Source: Podarcis filfolensis (Eukaryota). From it: a stretch of 64,000 bases of DNA. Below are positions 12,124 through 24,435 of the stretch, one piece after another (position 1 is the first letter of the stretch; every line of letters begins with the position of its first letter). Below the pieces are notes generated by a model that worked only from the letters and a program-made list of their open reading frames with translations, was not told the DNA's origin and did no database searches. The stretch lies in assembly GCA_964270895.1 (NCBI GenBank), contig OZ185441.1. One strand, written 5' to 3'. Made by a program: the position numbers and the translations under genes.

Positions 12124-15100
12124 GTGGGTTGAGAAATATGTTTTCTTGCATTAATGTGTGTGCTCCGTTCCCTCTGCCCTCATTCCCTCTTGCAATTTTC
12201 CCTTTGGGGAGTATTTGTTTTAAATATATTTCTTTCTTAGTGCTCTTAATGTTGACATTCAAGTTATAAATTCCCAAATATTTGGGTTGCGTTATCAGAG
12301 GTTAAATATTAATATTTTGCTATATTGAAATCTTCCTATATCAATCATTTGGGCTTCCACTTTAGTAGTAGTAACTTTTTAAGGAAAGCTAGTTACAATA
12401 AACCAAATGGTGTTTGAATGTATGGTGTTAATAGAAATATGTCTAGTTGACACTTGCCTCTGAAGGTATCACTGGGCTCATGATTTCAACACTCATGTGA
12501 AGGTGCCATTTGTATGACCTGACACACCTCTGTAGGGACTGCGAGGAGAGTTTGATGTATTAAAACACCAGCAGCTTTATTTGGAACTTAACCTACAGGC
12601 CTACTCATTCATATATAGTAATATCAGAATATCATATGCTTGTGAAAATGAACACCTTTGAAATATGCTCTAACTACATGGCAGCGCTAGAAATACTTGC
12701 AGCAGAAAGGAGATGATAGGTCCTGCTTAGGAACAAACTTAGCCTACACTAGCTATTGTCAGCTTAGCTATCACACCATTTTAACATCTTAAATCAGAAT
12801 AGTTGATTAAGACTAATAGCGTAAGATGCTAGGTAAGAAAAACCATATGCATGGTTTATGTATAGACTGCAAGCTTTAACCTTCATTGTAGAGTAATTTG
12901 TGAGGCTGAAAGTAAGAAAAGGGCTTGCCTTTGTGGAGATTGCAGTGATGTGCTGGCTCCATTTTCCTTTACTGTCTTTGGCAGAATATAGTTTTCCTTT
13001 GCGTTTGTATCCTAAACTGCTAAAACCAATGCTAAAACTCCAAAGCTAAAACTGCTGTGGCCATTCCTTTTAGATATTGAAGCTGTAGATAGCAGTGTTT
13101 ATTTGAGTCTACTGCAGTCTGCATGGGTTTTGTTTTGTTTTTGTTTTGAAGCTATATTTGTTTTGTGTTATGTAGTAGGAATACTCCTTTTGAATTTGAA
13201 AAAGGGAATGTGAAAGGTGCCTCACCTAACTTGTAAATATAGTTTTTGCTTATTAAATGTTGTTATTCTTCTTGTAAGGAAAGTAGTCCTCTTGATGACC
13301 CTGTTAGCTCATATTCAATAAAGTAATACTATCATTTGCGATAAAACAAGAAAAAAGATTTCCTTTGGCTGGGTTGGGTTCAGAAATATAATGCAGCATA
13401 ACAGAATCCCTTGTAGGAGAAAGGAAAAATGTTTATGGATCTAAATGAAGTGTCTTTTACTTTTTTATTGTGTCAGCATTTAATGGATACATTTTCATAG
13501 ATGATATCTCATAGAACTGGTGCTGTCTAATCTGTTGGAAGTTTGCTTGAAATGGATATCATGTAAGTGAAGTGATTTCCCATCTAATTTACCAGCAGTA
13601 ACCATGTGCTCTGTGCTATTTCCCTTCAACTCTGCCAAAGTGAGGACAGGAAAAATAAATCTCATAAATCTCATTCTGATTTGGCTTCTTGATGTCAATA
13701 TGTGGCTGATAAATCTGATTGAGAGAAGCAAATCCTAAATAAACTTAAGTTTTAATAGTGTATATATCACCAACCAGGAACTAGGAGAGTTAGAATTCAG
13801 CATTGGGGGAAATCAGAAATTTGAGTAGGCAAAAATCCACTTGAAATTGAATTGGTTTGAAGATGTTTGGAAAATGTGTAGTGAACTTAGTAAATTTAAT
13901 AAGGGAGCTCAGTTAAACTAATTTGCCAAAGTTGTGTACTGTTTATGATTTATGTCTTTTTGAAAGATTATGAAGCTGTTAAGTTTATTGAATATGTAGG
14001 TTTCTGAAACCTACAGCAGACTTTGCAGTTCTCTGTTCCTCATTTGCTCAAGTAAAATGAATGGGAAGGTTGCATATATCATGGAAGGAGGAACAGCTGT
14101 AATTTTAGGGATTTTCTCTAGTGCCCAGATTTAAAAAACCCCCAAGAAGAACTATACTAGTGCTCATTGCAGTGTCTGAATCAGCTTAATGGGCAGATTC
14201 ATATATTAGAAGAATATTCAGATACTTAGAAGTATTGCATTGTTAACATCATACCTGATAGTAATCAGTATGCAGTCTTTGATGTGGCTGACCAGATTTT
14301 GAGTCAACTTGAGTCAAGATTGGTTAATGGTTAAACTTCATTATTTTTTTAATGGAATTGCTATTTCAAAGGAAATATATGTATCAACATTACTGGCTTC
14401 TAAACTACTAATGAGCATGTCTAGCATTTCAGTAATAGATGAAAGATGACAAAGAAAGTAGGCTTGCTGATGACTTGAACTGGGAGGGACTGAAATATTT
14501 CTTGTATTTTTTGAATCTGTCATATGCTCTTGAGGATGGGAGAGGATTGCCTACAGCACCTTGTAAGAATTTGGCAAGTGGTGGTGGGAATGTTGCAGAG
14601 GAAATGAGATGTAAGAGTATCTGGTGATAGAAAAGCAATGCTGGAGTGTTCATGCATGCAATTTGAATGTAATGTTCATGTTGTGAATTGCCCTGAGACC
14701 TGCAGGTATAGAGCAGTATACAAATTTAATTTAATAATAATAACAACAGGTACTCAATATTTGGTACAAAAAGGAGATGCAACACTGTCTTCAGTGTAGA
14801 TGTCTTCTTGTCATATATAAGCAACTATTCTCTTTTATGGAGGAGAAGATGGTGAAATATTTTCCACAGCTACTGTGGGAAGTAGTAGGAAAATACCAAA
14901 GCCCTATAGCTTTGAATTTTGTGTTAAGCACCCCTGCTCTCAAATACTCATTTATACTTTATTTCATTGATTCACTGGATTTACACTAAATTTCACATTG
15001 AGCTTTCAATTCAGGTTACTATGATTCTGGGGAAAGCTGTTGAATTTCTTAACCATTGTTGGTAAAGGCCACAACATTTGGAGTGCATATTTGAATGTTT

Positions 15101-17225
15101 ATTTTTTGTTGAATTTCCCCATTTAGGACAGTACTAAATATAAATCTAGGTTTGTTTCGTTTGTTTTTTAAAAATGGGAAAACTTCACCAGAATCCCCCA
15201 GTGGAAGGAGAATTAACTTTTGCCATCATAGTCGTAAAAGAAATAAAGGCAGTAGGTGGCTTACATGAGGTGAAATGCTCAGCTATTTAATCACTTTAGG
15301 ACTACTACCGTCTTCCCTAAAATATATGTACATTCCCTTGTATGCAACCAGATCTTAGTTTGTGTACACTTGGATTTCAAAATCTAAATTGTGAAAGTCT
15401 AAGAGCCAAATATGTACGTTCCCTGTGTTCTGAGACCTTCTTACAACAAAAACCTTGCATAACATTCCCCTCATAGTTGTTTTTTTTTGGGGGGGGGGAG
15501 GAACCTGTAGTAAGTCAAAGGTGTAAATTTCAAATTTCATAAGTAAACAAAGTATCCATGTTTAAGAATAGCAAGATCCTATTATTTAATTCGATCAACC
15601 CTAATTAGTGGTATGACATACCAAGAAATGAATTTCAAAATTTCTCCCTGGGCAGGAAGAAAATAGTTTTATTAGTACACATGTAAATGATTTAATTGCA
15701 ACAAGTGTTCATACACCAGACTTCACATACTTTTTTTAAAAAAATCCTGTATGTAGGCAATTTTTCTCTCTCTGTACATTAAGTACCCATTGGCAAGAAA
15801 TTGTCTTTATTTTTATATGGGTCATCACAGCATCTTGTGTGTTTGTTGAGCTGGCTAGTAGTTGCTTTTATTCATAAACTCAGTTAAGAGATGCACCTAT
15901 CTCTTTTTTCAGAAGTCCTTTTTCATTTATAGAACATAACTACTGGCTACCGATGGCAGCTCTTCTTCTAGCAAGACACATTGCTTTTGCCTGGGAAAGA
16001 GGAATGTTGTAATCTTTCCAGATCATAAATTAGACAATTGTGAAAGTGAAAGAAACAACATAATTTGATTAAACATAATGTCTGGATTAAATTTTTGCCC
16101 AGTTAAATTTCCCTTACCCTTTTGTATGTATGTCTCTGTTGCTCTTCTTGGCTCTCAGGTTCTGCTTACTCAGTGAGAAGTGTCAGAGAATCATAGCATC
16201 TCTCCTTTTGTTTTGTTAAATTGGCTCATGGCTTGCTCACTCTTTTCCCAACATCATGCTTCAGCTAGCCCAGCCAAAGGAAGATGTAGAACTGCTGGTG
16301 CCTCTTCTTACCTCTTTAAAAAGACCATTGGTCTCTGAAGGAGGGTCCTGTACTTGCTGTGTCTGGTGGTTGATAGATCTTTATTGGCAATGAACTGTGC
16401 AGGCGGTGGTGTGTGTGTGAGGGGGAGAGAGAGTGTGGATGTTGTGATCAATAAAAGCTTCTGTGCTTATTACTGGGAAAGAACAGTTGATCATTGTTGG
16501 AAGTGAAATGCCAGGATTGTGGGTGTGGGTGCACACATACATTTATTACTCCTCCATTGTGTGCCATACCACCCCTCTCTTGTGCCTTGCTGCGTTAGTT
16601 TCCTTCTCTGAGGTAGAAGGAGTAGGAAATCAGTATATCAGTGTCTCTTGTATTCCTGTGTCTGTCCTGCTTGCTGCATGCTCTTCTGAGAGATTGGAGA
16701 AGGGTGATCAGTTGAATTCTCTTTAATCAAGTTGTAGCTGTCAGATGAGTCCTTGAAATTAAGCAGTGCAAAACAGTAAGTTTTAATTTCGAGTCTAACT
16801 GTATTCTTGGATAGGCAATGGTTAATTCAGTGATCTGTGGAATGTGATGCAGTCAGTTCCATGGTCTCTTAAATGCCCCCAATCTTCCTTGCTCTCCTTT
16901 GTGACTCTTTCACCAAACATTTACATGATACCACCTCTTTCCTTACAAATCCCTTCTTAGGCAATTTTTCTACAAGGTCTTTGGCCCCATCTCCTTGTTC
17001 TCATCCCTATTTGAGACACAGAATATTTAATTGTTCCATGTTACCTTTGGGGTTCTCTGCCATACTTTCCATCTGCTCCTTTATCTGTGTAAATTGTAAA
17101 TTCTTTAAAGGCAGTAACTGTACCACTAGTTTGTTACCTGTAAACTGCCACTGGCTGTGATGGGACTATAAATGCAAGTACTGTCTTTTCTACCTAGTGC
17201 CTTCTTGTAATGTAAGCTGATACTA

Positions 17226-17407
17226 CCATATTTACTTGAATCTAACGCTCACCCTTTTTTTGGCCAAATTACAGTGTGAAAATTAAGGTGCACATTAGAT
17301 TTGATGGCACATTTACATTTGGCAGCAAATACTTTGCTTGGTTTCAAGGTTCTGAAAATTGAGGTGCGCATTATATTTGATGGCACATTATACTTGAGTA
17401 AATACGG
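17226..17407. mobile_element. Tc1/mariner (pogo/Tigger-like) MITE
   Basis: TA|CCATATTTACTTGAATCTAA ... TTATACTTGAGTAAATACGG|TA: imperfect terminal inverted repeats with TA on both flanks. Confidence 0.75.
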
Positions 17408-17533
17408 TATGTCACTTCAGTTAGTCCATAAAGATTTGGATATTGTCTCCGTTGACATTGACCATGGGTGCAATACATACTTAATTTCAAAAGTTAAAGC
17501 ACCCATTTTAAGTTGTCCACCAGAAATGAAAAC

Positions 17534-17591
17534 ATAGAAGGATCATAGAACTGTAGAGTTGGAAAGTACCTTGAGGATCATCTAGTCCAAC
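17534..17591 (-). mobile_element. CR1-type 3' terminal fragment
   Basis: Reverse complement reads gttggactagatgatcctcaaggtactttccaactctacagttctatgatcc, the CR1 3' end. Confidence 0.7.
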
Positions 17592-18245
17592 TGCAATCTA
17601 GTCCAATCTTATATTCCAATCATTTACGCTTCAGCATTTTTCTGGGCAGATTTGAGTGAACTTAACTTCTGTAGGTATATAATGGCTAACAATGATTTGT
17701 GAAAGCACAGCTCAGGGTCGCTTTTAGTGTTTTATGTCTTTAAAAAATTAACTCTTTTTTAATGTATGTGGTATGGTGTCTTCTGTGACTGAGTGTGAAC
17801 TGATTTGGGAGCTTGGAAGTTAAAAGCATCAATTTCAGGGATGTCACATAAATTTCAGAAACAAGTTCGAAGATTCCCTGGTGTATTTAAATTATGAAGT
17901 TATATTCAGGTTCAGAGATGAGATGTCACTCATATGTCTATACAGCCCCCTCCCCCTGATTTTTACAGGGATTGCCTTCCTGGCCCTGAGCACGTCAGCG
18001 GAGTGCACAGAAGCCAACCCTCTTGCACTCCATTCTGGCCTATTCCAAAAGCAGTCAGTTGCGCATCAGTTGAACGCATGCAAAATGATCGCCACCTGTA
18101 CAGTGTTGTTAGCCAATATTGACAACTTTGAACAATTAGCTGGTGAAAGTTTTATATAGTAAACTGGAAAACTCTCAGAAGCTCTTGTTTCACACTGTGC
18201 TCCTTTTTTGTACTACTTTGTCCTGCTGCTGGAATTTGTGTAGTA

Positions 18246-18384
18246 CATGGGTGAGGAACCTGTGGCCCCCCCAGAGGTGGTCAGAATCCACTCCCAGCAG
18301 CCTCAGCAAATATGACTAGTGGTCAGGGATGAAGAGAGTTGGAAGTTCAGCAACCTCTGGAGGGAGACAGGTCGTCCATCCCTG
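18246..18384. mobile_element. hAT-type palindromic MITE
   Basis: CATGGGTGAGGAACCTG...CAGGTCGTCCATCCCTG, flanked by the 8-bp near-duplication GTGTAGTA / GTGTAGAA. Confidence 0.7.
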
Positions 18385-18861
18385 GTGTAGAAAGTTGTTG
18401 CAAGTTAGGTGGAAAATTGTAGCAAGCTTTGTGCACGATTCTTTACTCAAGTTCTATAGTGTAAGCTACTGCTTTTAATACCACTCTGATCAGCCTAAGT
18501 TCAGTTGACCTCAAGGTTTAATGTGAAACCAAAACAAGTGTCCTCCCTACTTGAATGGCACTTAAAGAAAAAATTGTCCTGGTATACATTGTGTAAGGTC
18601 GGGTTTACTCTCAATCCTCAATCCCATTTGAATACCCTTTTGTGTATTTGCATTTCATTCAATGTAAAGAAGACTGCATTGTCAGTTGTTGTTTTTAAAA
18701 ATAACTGGTATGGAAATATTGAAATTTACTGCTTTCATTTGTTATTTTCATGTGTTCAATTCATTTTGAATGGGTTGGATCCAGACTTGACCTCATGCAA
18801 ATGGAAAGGCTTATTTTTATTTGCAGAAAGGGCCAAGATCCAGCAGAGGATTCATCTAGAT

Positions 18862-18990
18862 CAGGGTTTCCCAAACTGGGCTTTCCAGCTGTGGTTGGAC
18901 TACAACTCCCATCGTCCCTAGCTAGCAGGACCAGTGGTCAGGGTTGGACTAGATGGCTCTTACAGGTCTCTTCCAATATTACAATTCTAT
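18862..18990 (+). mobile_element. Left half of a hAT MITE fused to a CR1-type 3' tail
   Basis: 18862-18943 matches the left arm of the MITE at 23879-24009. The sequence then switches to ttggactagatggctcttacaggtctcttccaatattacaattcta. Confidence 0.7.
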
Positions 18991-20345
18991 TATCTCAACT
19001 ACATTGCTTGACAGTAGCTTGCTCTTGCAACAATTCACTTCTCCCAGTATGCAGCGTTCGAAATTCGCCTGGCACATTTTGCACTTGGCTAAACTTGCAC
19101 CAAGTGAAGATGCCTAGGCGCCAGGATGGTACCTGATCTCTCCAACCATCTGGAGGTGCATGCCTGGGGATTCTTGGAACCTGACCGTGCAGATAAAATG
19201 TAGCAGATAGAATTATACAGGTTGTGTTGCTACTGTATGAAAACAGTCAGGATCCAAGAATCCCCAGACATGCACCTCCAGATGGTTGGAGACGTCAGGT
19301 GCCATCAGAATGAATTTCAGGAGCCAAAAAATTGTTTTGAAAAATAGGACTTTCAAGCCATCTGGTCCAAAAATGGCAACTAGGCATTCCATTTTGGTGA
19401 CTGTAACCCTTGTTAAAGGAGCCATTTGACTCCTAGCTTATATTGATTTTTCTCCCTCTCCCTCATGCAAGAAACTGGAAATAGTATTAACTGTGGACTA
19501 AGGCAGAGGTTTTTAAACTGTGGTCTGTGAGTTCCATTTGGGTGGCTTGTGGAAAGGCTGCAGTACAGTCAAATACATCTGTACTCAGCTACACACTTAA
19601 TTTTTTTGACGTGATGATAAAGGACTAAGATGCCCAGCAAGGGGTCCATGATTTGCAAGGCAGCACAGAAGCACATGACATGAGTCAGCCAGCTCGATGG
19701 AAGTGTCACTTGCCAACATGGCACCCAGAAATCTCCATGTAGTTGCAGTTGGACTTGTTTCAGCAGCAAAATGCACCTGGCACCCAGGGAATTTCAAACA
19801 CCACTCCAGAACAAGAGAATAGGGAATCAATGAAAATTTCTTCCCCATTTTCCTCCAGCATGGTGTTCTGTGTGTGAATAGTGTGGATCTAATCCAGTGT
19901 GTAATGACCATTCAGCAGATGGGAATTTTAATGTTAAATGTAATGTTTTTATAGCAGTAGTTTTTATAAGCAGTTGACATAACAATTTTAGTACTATTTG
20001 ATGGTTAAGTATTGTTTCATACATCTTACTTCCTGTAAAACAAAATAATCTGGCCTAGTTAGCTTTAAGCCACAAAATGTGAATTGTGAAAGTGTCACCT
20101 GCTTATATGTAAAAGGTGTAACAGTCTAGAAAATGTCTCATGATGCAATTCTGCAGCACTTGGATACAGTCACAAATATCAACAGCAGTTATCTCTTAGT
20201 TACTTTAGAATGCCTTTGAATATGTAGATGGGGTGATCCAGTCAACATTGTATACATTGAAAAAGCTTTTTATAAAAGTCATTCACCAAAATTTGTTGAA
20301 TAAGCTTAGCAGTTACAGGATAAGATTAACTAGTTACAGGCCAGG

Positions 20346-20380
20346 AAGATAAGATAAGATAAGATAAGATAAGATAAGAT
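20346..20380. repeat. (AAGAT)7 microsatellite
   Basis: Seven perfect units read directly. Confidence 0.95.
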
Positions 20381-20519
20381 AAACTTTATTCGCATTAGTC
20401 AATGGCCATAACAACATAAAACAAGCAATATATACAAATAAAATATATACAAATAACAGGGCAGGAAGCAGAGAATTAGGAATAACTGGACAGTTCTCAC
20501 AAAGGAGAAAGTGAGGAAT

Positions 20520-21080
20520 GGCCATTGCCAAATGATTTATATTAGGATTGGTGCTTTTTAAATTGTTCATAAATGACCTGGAGTTGAGGTGACCAAATTT
20601 TCTAATGACACCAAATTTTTCAGTGTCGTAAAAATGAAAATGGATTGTGAAGAGCTCCAAAAGGAGCTCTACAAAGTGGGTGAATAGGTATTGCAGTGAC
20701 AAATTCTGCAGAATTGTGCAAGTTGGAGTGAAAAATCATAACTCCTAATGGAGTCTGAGCATTCAATAGCTGATTTAGGTGGATAGCTCAATGAAAATGT
20801 TAACCTAATATGTGGCAGCTGGAATCCTTTAAACTAAAACATCTGATAGTGTAATGTCTTTATATAAATCTATGGTACAAACACACTTTGAATACTATGT
20901 GCAGTTCTAGTCATGATCAAGGAGCCGGAGCAGCTCCTGCAAGTAAAGGTTATAATACTTGAGGCTTAATTTAGAATAAAGGCAAATATAGGGAGGGGTG
21001 TAATAGTGTCAAAGTGTGCATGTTTCAGAAAAAATGTAGAGAGATTTTTTTCTATAATAGTAGGACCTTGAGTTACCCAA
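20520..21080 (+). mobile_element. Old CR1 LINE RT remnant
   Basis: Decayed LVLFKLFINDLEL...KFSNDTKFFSVVK...DCEELQKEL and ...TL*ILCAVL, resembling CR1 [26 protein letters not shown]. Confidence 0.7.
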
Positions 21081-21631
21081 TGCAGGTTTGCAATTAATTT
21101 TCACTGAGCTTGCTTACTTAGAATCAAAATTCACTGAAACTGGGTATCTGTGAGTCAGTTCTTTACATGTTGTATTTTATTATTGTGTGGCTTCAGGAGT
21201 GTAGCTGGAAAGTCAGATAGAACCATAGCATATTGATGCTGAAGTCTGTAATACCAGTGTAGTCCATCAAGTTTGAAGGGGGCTACACATGTAAAATATG
21301 ATGCCTGTCTTGATTTTGGGGGATGAGGAGAGATCTTTTTCTATGCCTGCTTCCAAATATTTTAAAGGGGTATGCTTCAGATCTTACGTGTGTGCCCTTC
21401 ACAGTCCTTAGGGTATGAGTGTGTATACATACACACCCACCCACCCACACCCACACCCACACACCAAAGTACAAAATTTAAAGTGAAAATCTATCCTAAG
21501 TGTTTCTGGGGTTGGGGTACAATTTTGCATTTCCCTGTTAGTTCATTATTCAATAACAAGTTTAGTAATTAAGAAGACATGATTTCTCTGGGAAAGGAGC
21601 AAGTGATGTTAAATGTTATCCTTTTTTCCAG

Positions 21632-21771
21632 CTGTTAATAGCAGAGTGCCTACTGGCTCCAATTCTTCACATGCTACAGAATCGCCTACACCTGAACCTT
21701 GTTCACAAACACTCAGTGTCACTTCTCAGTCTGTGCTCCCCACGTATCCTTCAGTTGACATTGATGCCCAC
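21632..21771 (+). CDS. ANKHD1: ANKHD1 exon (AVNSRVPTGS...PSVDIDAH)
   Basis: ccag|CT GTT ... GCC CAC|gtgagt; 140 nt; frame continues from the previous exon. Confidence 0.96.
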
Positions 21772-21889
21772 GTGAGTAATGTAGATAAGTTATAAAGCTG
21801 TTTTTGTTATAATAGTTGTTTCTGTTATATAACAGAGTAGTAATAAGGTGTGTATGTAGTAAACCTAACATATCCTTTCTACTGTTAAG

Positions 21890-22001
21890 ACGGAGAGTAA
21901 CCACGATACTGCGCTGACTCTTGCATGTGCTGGTGGTCACGAAGAGCTCGTCTCTGTATTGATAGCACGTGGTGCCAGTATAGAACACAGAGACAAGAAG
22001 G
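21890..22001 (+). CDS. ANKHD1: ANKHD1 ankyrin exon (TESNHDTALTLACAGGHEELV...HRDKKG)
   Basis: aag|ACG GAG ... AAG G|gtaagc; 112 nt; ankyrin consensus. Confidence 0.97.
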
Positions 22002-22383
22002 GTAAGCTACTGAAGTGCTTCTGTTTGTTGGTATTTTTTTCAGGGCTTGATGCATGGGTATTGGACATTCCATTACTTTTCATAACTTTCTAGCTCATAG
22101 AAGAAAAACTGCTTTGAAACAGTTTTGGGGGGAATTTAGTGCTTGTTATATGGAACTTTGAGCATTAACTGAGAATGGAGGATATGTTTTTTTAGCAGAG
22201 GCTTCTTGTTAGCTTTATGTCCCCCACCCACCACAAGTGCTTTATCACAAACTCAAACACTGACTGTTCAGTGATTTCCATTGCCAATATTTATTGTGAA
22301 TTATTGGTTTTAATACACAACTTTTCTTTCTACCTCTTTGCCTCTCATTTGAAAATGGCTTCTAATATAATAATCTCTATTAG

Positions 22384-22529
22384 GATTTACACCGCTAATT
22401 TTAGCTGCAACTGCTGGACATGTTGGTGTTGTAGAGATCCTTCTAGACAAGGGTGGAGATATAGAAGCACAATCTGAACGTACTAAGGACACTCCACTTT
22501 CATTAGCATGCTCTGGTGGACGCCAAGAG
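22384..22529 (+). CDS. ANKHD1: ANKHD1 ankyrin exon (GFTPLILAATAGH...SGGRQE)
   Basis: tag|GA TTT ... CAA GAG|gtaaat; 146 nt. Confidence 0.97.
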
Positions 22530-22880
22530 GTAAATGTTATAATCTATCATATTCTTTAGTCTTAAATTAGGAGAAGAGAGCATGAATGTAGCAGCCTGAT
22601 ATGTCCCCTTACTCCCTGAAACATTTTTTTGGTATGTTTTAGTTTATAGGTATACATATTGTATTGAACATGTTTAATTTTTTAATTTGTGGATTGCCAG
22701 TAGTAGAAATTTGTTTCCTACAAACATCCTTTAAAATGGCTCTTGATAGATTTGATTTTGTCAGTCAGGCAAACAAGATTCTTCAAAATCTACTCTGGTG
22801 TGAAAAAGGCATCCAAGTTGGACTGTCCATACTCCCCATACTGCTCAGGATGGGCAGGTATCATGCAACCTGTAACTGTA

Positions 22881-23227
22881 AAAGGTAAAGGACTCCTGGG
22901 TCGAATTCGTCTATGGAGTGTGGTGCTCATCTTCACTTTCAAGCCGAGGGAGCTGGTGTTTGTCCACAGGCAGCTTTTCTGGGTCATGTGCCCAGCATGA
23001 CTAAACCACTTCTGGCGCACAGAACACCTTGACAAGTTCCAGAGTGCATGGAAATGCCGTTTACCTGCCGCCGTGGTACCTCTTTATCTACTCCTGCTGG
23101 TATGCTTTCGAACTGCTAGGCTGGCAGGAGCGTGAGCTCACCCTGTCGCACAGATTTGAACTGTCGACCTTATGATTGGCAAGCCCAAGAGGCTCGGTGG
23201 TTTAGACCACAGCACCACCCACATCCC
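22881..23227 (-). mobile_element. Sauria SINE, near full length
   Basis: Minus strand has the tRNA-like head (ggtggtgctgtggtctaaaccac) and a (ccttta)-type tail. Perfect 13-bp TSD ACCTGTAACTGTA at 22868-22880 and 23228-23240. Confidence 0.88.
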
Positions 23228-23878
23228 ACCTGTAACTGTATACCAGATCTGAGCCCAAGAGAGATTTTACTCTTCAGCCTGCTTTGCCCAGGAACAGAGC
23301 TGAATCTTCCATGTCCTTTCTCTCACTTCTGCAACACCTTTTGTGACTTCAGTAGCTTCTACACCTTCACCAGTTTTACCTTTTTCAGTTCTTGTTACTA
23401 GTACCTTTTTGTTGCATTCTCCAAGATCCATTTGAAAAGGAAAAAGAAAACTATGGCACTCTGTAAGAAGGAAAATTTCCTCCATGCAATCAGACAAAAA
23501 AGGGCATGTTGGGATCTGCAGGGGAAAAAGAATCAGTACTTTGCTGCTTTCAAGCCTCACAATGCAATCTAGAGACTTTGACAAATGTTACATTTCCATT
23601 GATCACACACTTGCCACGATTTTGAAATTCTTGAAGTCCTAGAAGCCTGTTGCAGGAATGAAAGAGAGGGAAGCTAGAATAGAGAGCTCTGTTCCTGGTC
23701 AAGGCAGGAAAGTGGAGATGAGTCTGGAGCCACACAATTTCAGGTCACATGAGTACTCTGTGTCCTGGGCAGTACAACAAGACAGCCCATTCTGGATGCC
23801 TCCACATCAAACCAAAAAGAGCCTTCATGGTAAGCGACATGGTAAGTGTTCTGTTCTGTGGATTTTTTGTATATAGAG

Positions 23879-24009
23879 CAGGGTTTCCCAAACTTTGGTC
23901 TCCAGCTGTTGACTACAACTCCCATCATCCCTAGCTAGCAAACCAGTGGTCAGGGATGGTAGGAATTGTAGTCCCAAAACATCTGGAGACCCAACTTTGG
24001 GAAACCTTG
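23879..24009. mobile_element. hAT-type palindromic MITE (131 bp)
   Basis: CAGGGTTTCCCAAA...TTTGGGAAACCTTG inverted termini; 8-bp TSD ATATAGAG / ATATAGAC. Confidence 0.85.
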
Positions 24010-24292
24010 ATATAGACTATTGTAGGATTCTCAGTACCATTAAAAACATACAAACTAGTGAAATTTTGAGGAGTGCTCTGCTGCCGTAATCTCTCTATAC
24101 TCTAATGACAATTGGCGACTGGTTCTTTGTATAGCCATTGAGGAAAATAAAGGATTAAAAGAGAACCTTGGTTCCCTGACTTGCCATTTTGTATTCTAGC
24201 TATTTATAGATATAACAGTTTGGCTGTTTGCGAATTCCACCCAGTGCCAGAGTGTTGTTATCCTCTGATCCTGCTAATATTGTACCTTTCAG

Positions 24293-24435
24293 GTCGTTGA
24301 CTTACTGCTGGCACGAGGAGCAAATAAAGAACACAGGAATGTGTCTGATTATACACCTCTTAGTCTTGCCGCATCTGGGGGATATGTTAATATTATTAAG
24401 ATCCTGCTTAATGCTGGAGCGGAAATTAATTCAAG
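24293..24435 (+). CDS. ANKHD1: ANKHD1 ankyrin exon (VVDLLLARGANKEHRNVSDYTPL...AEINSR)
   Basis: cag|GTC GTT ... TCA AG|gtaaca; 143 nt. Confidence 0.97.
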
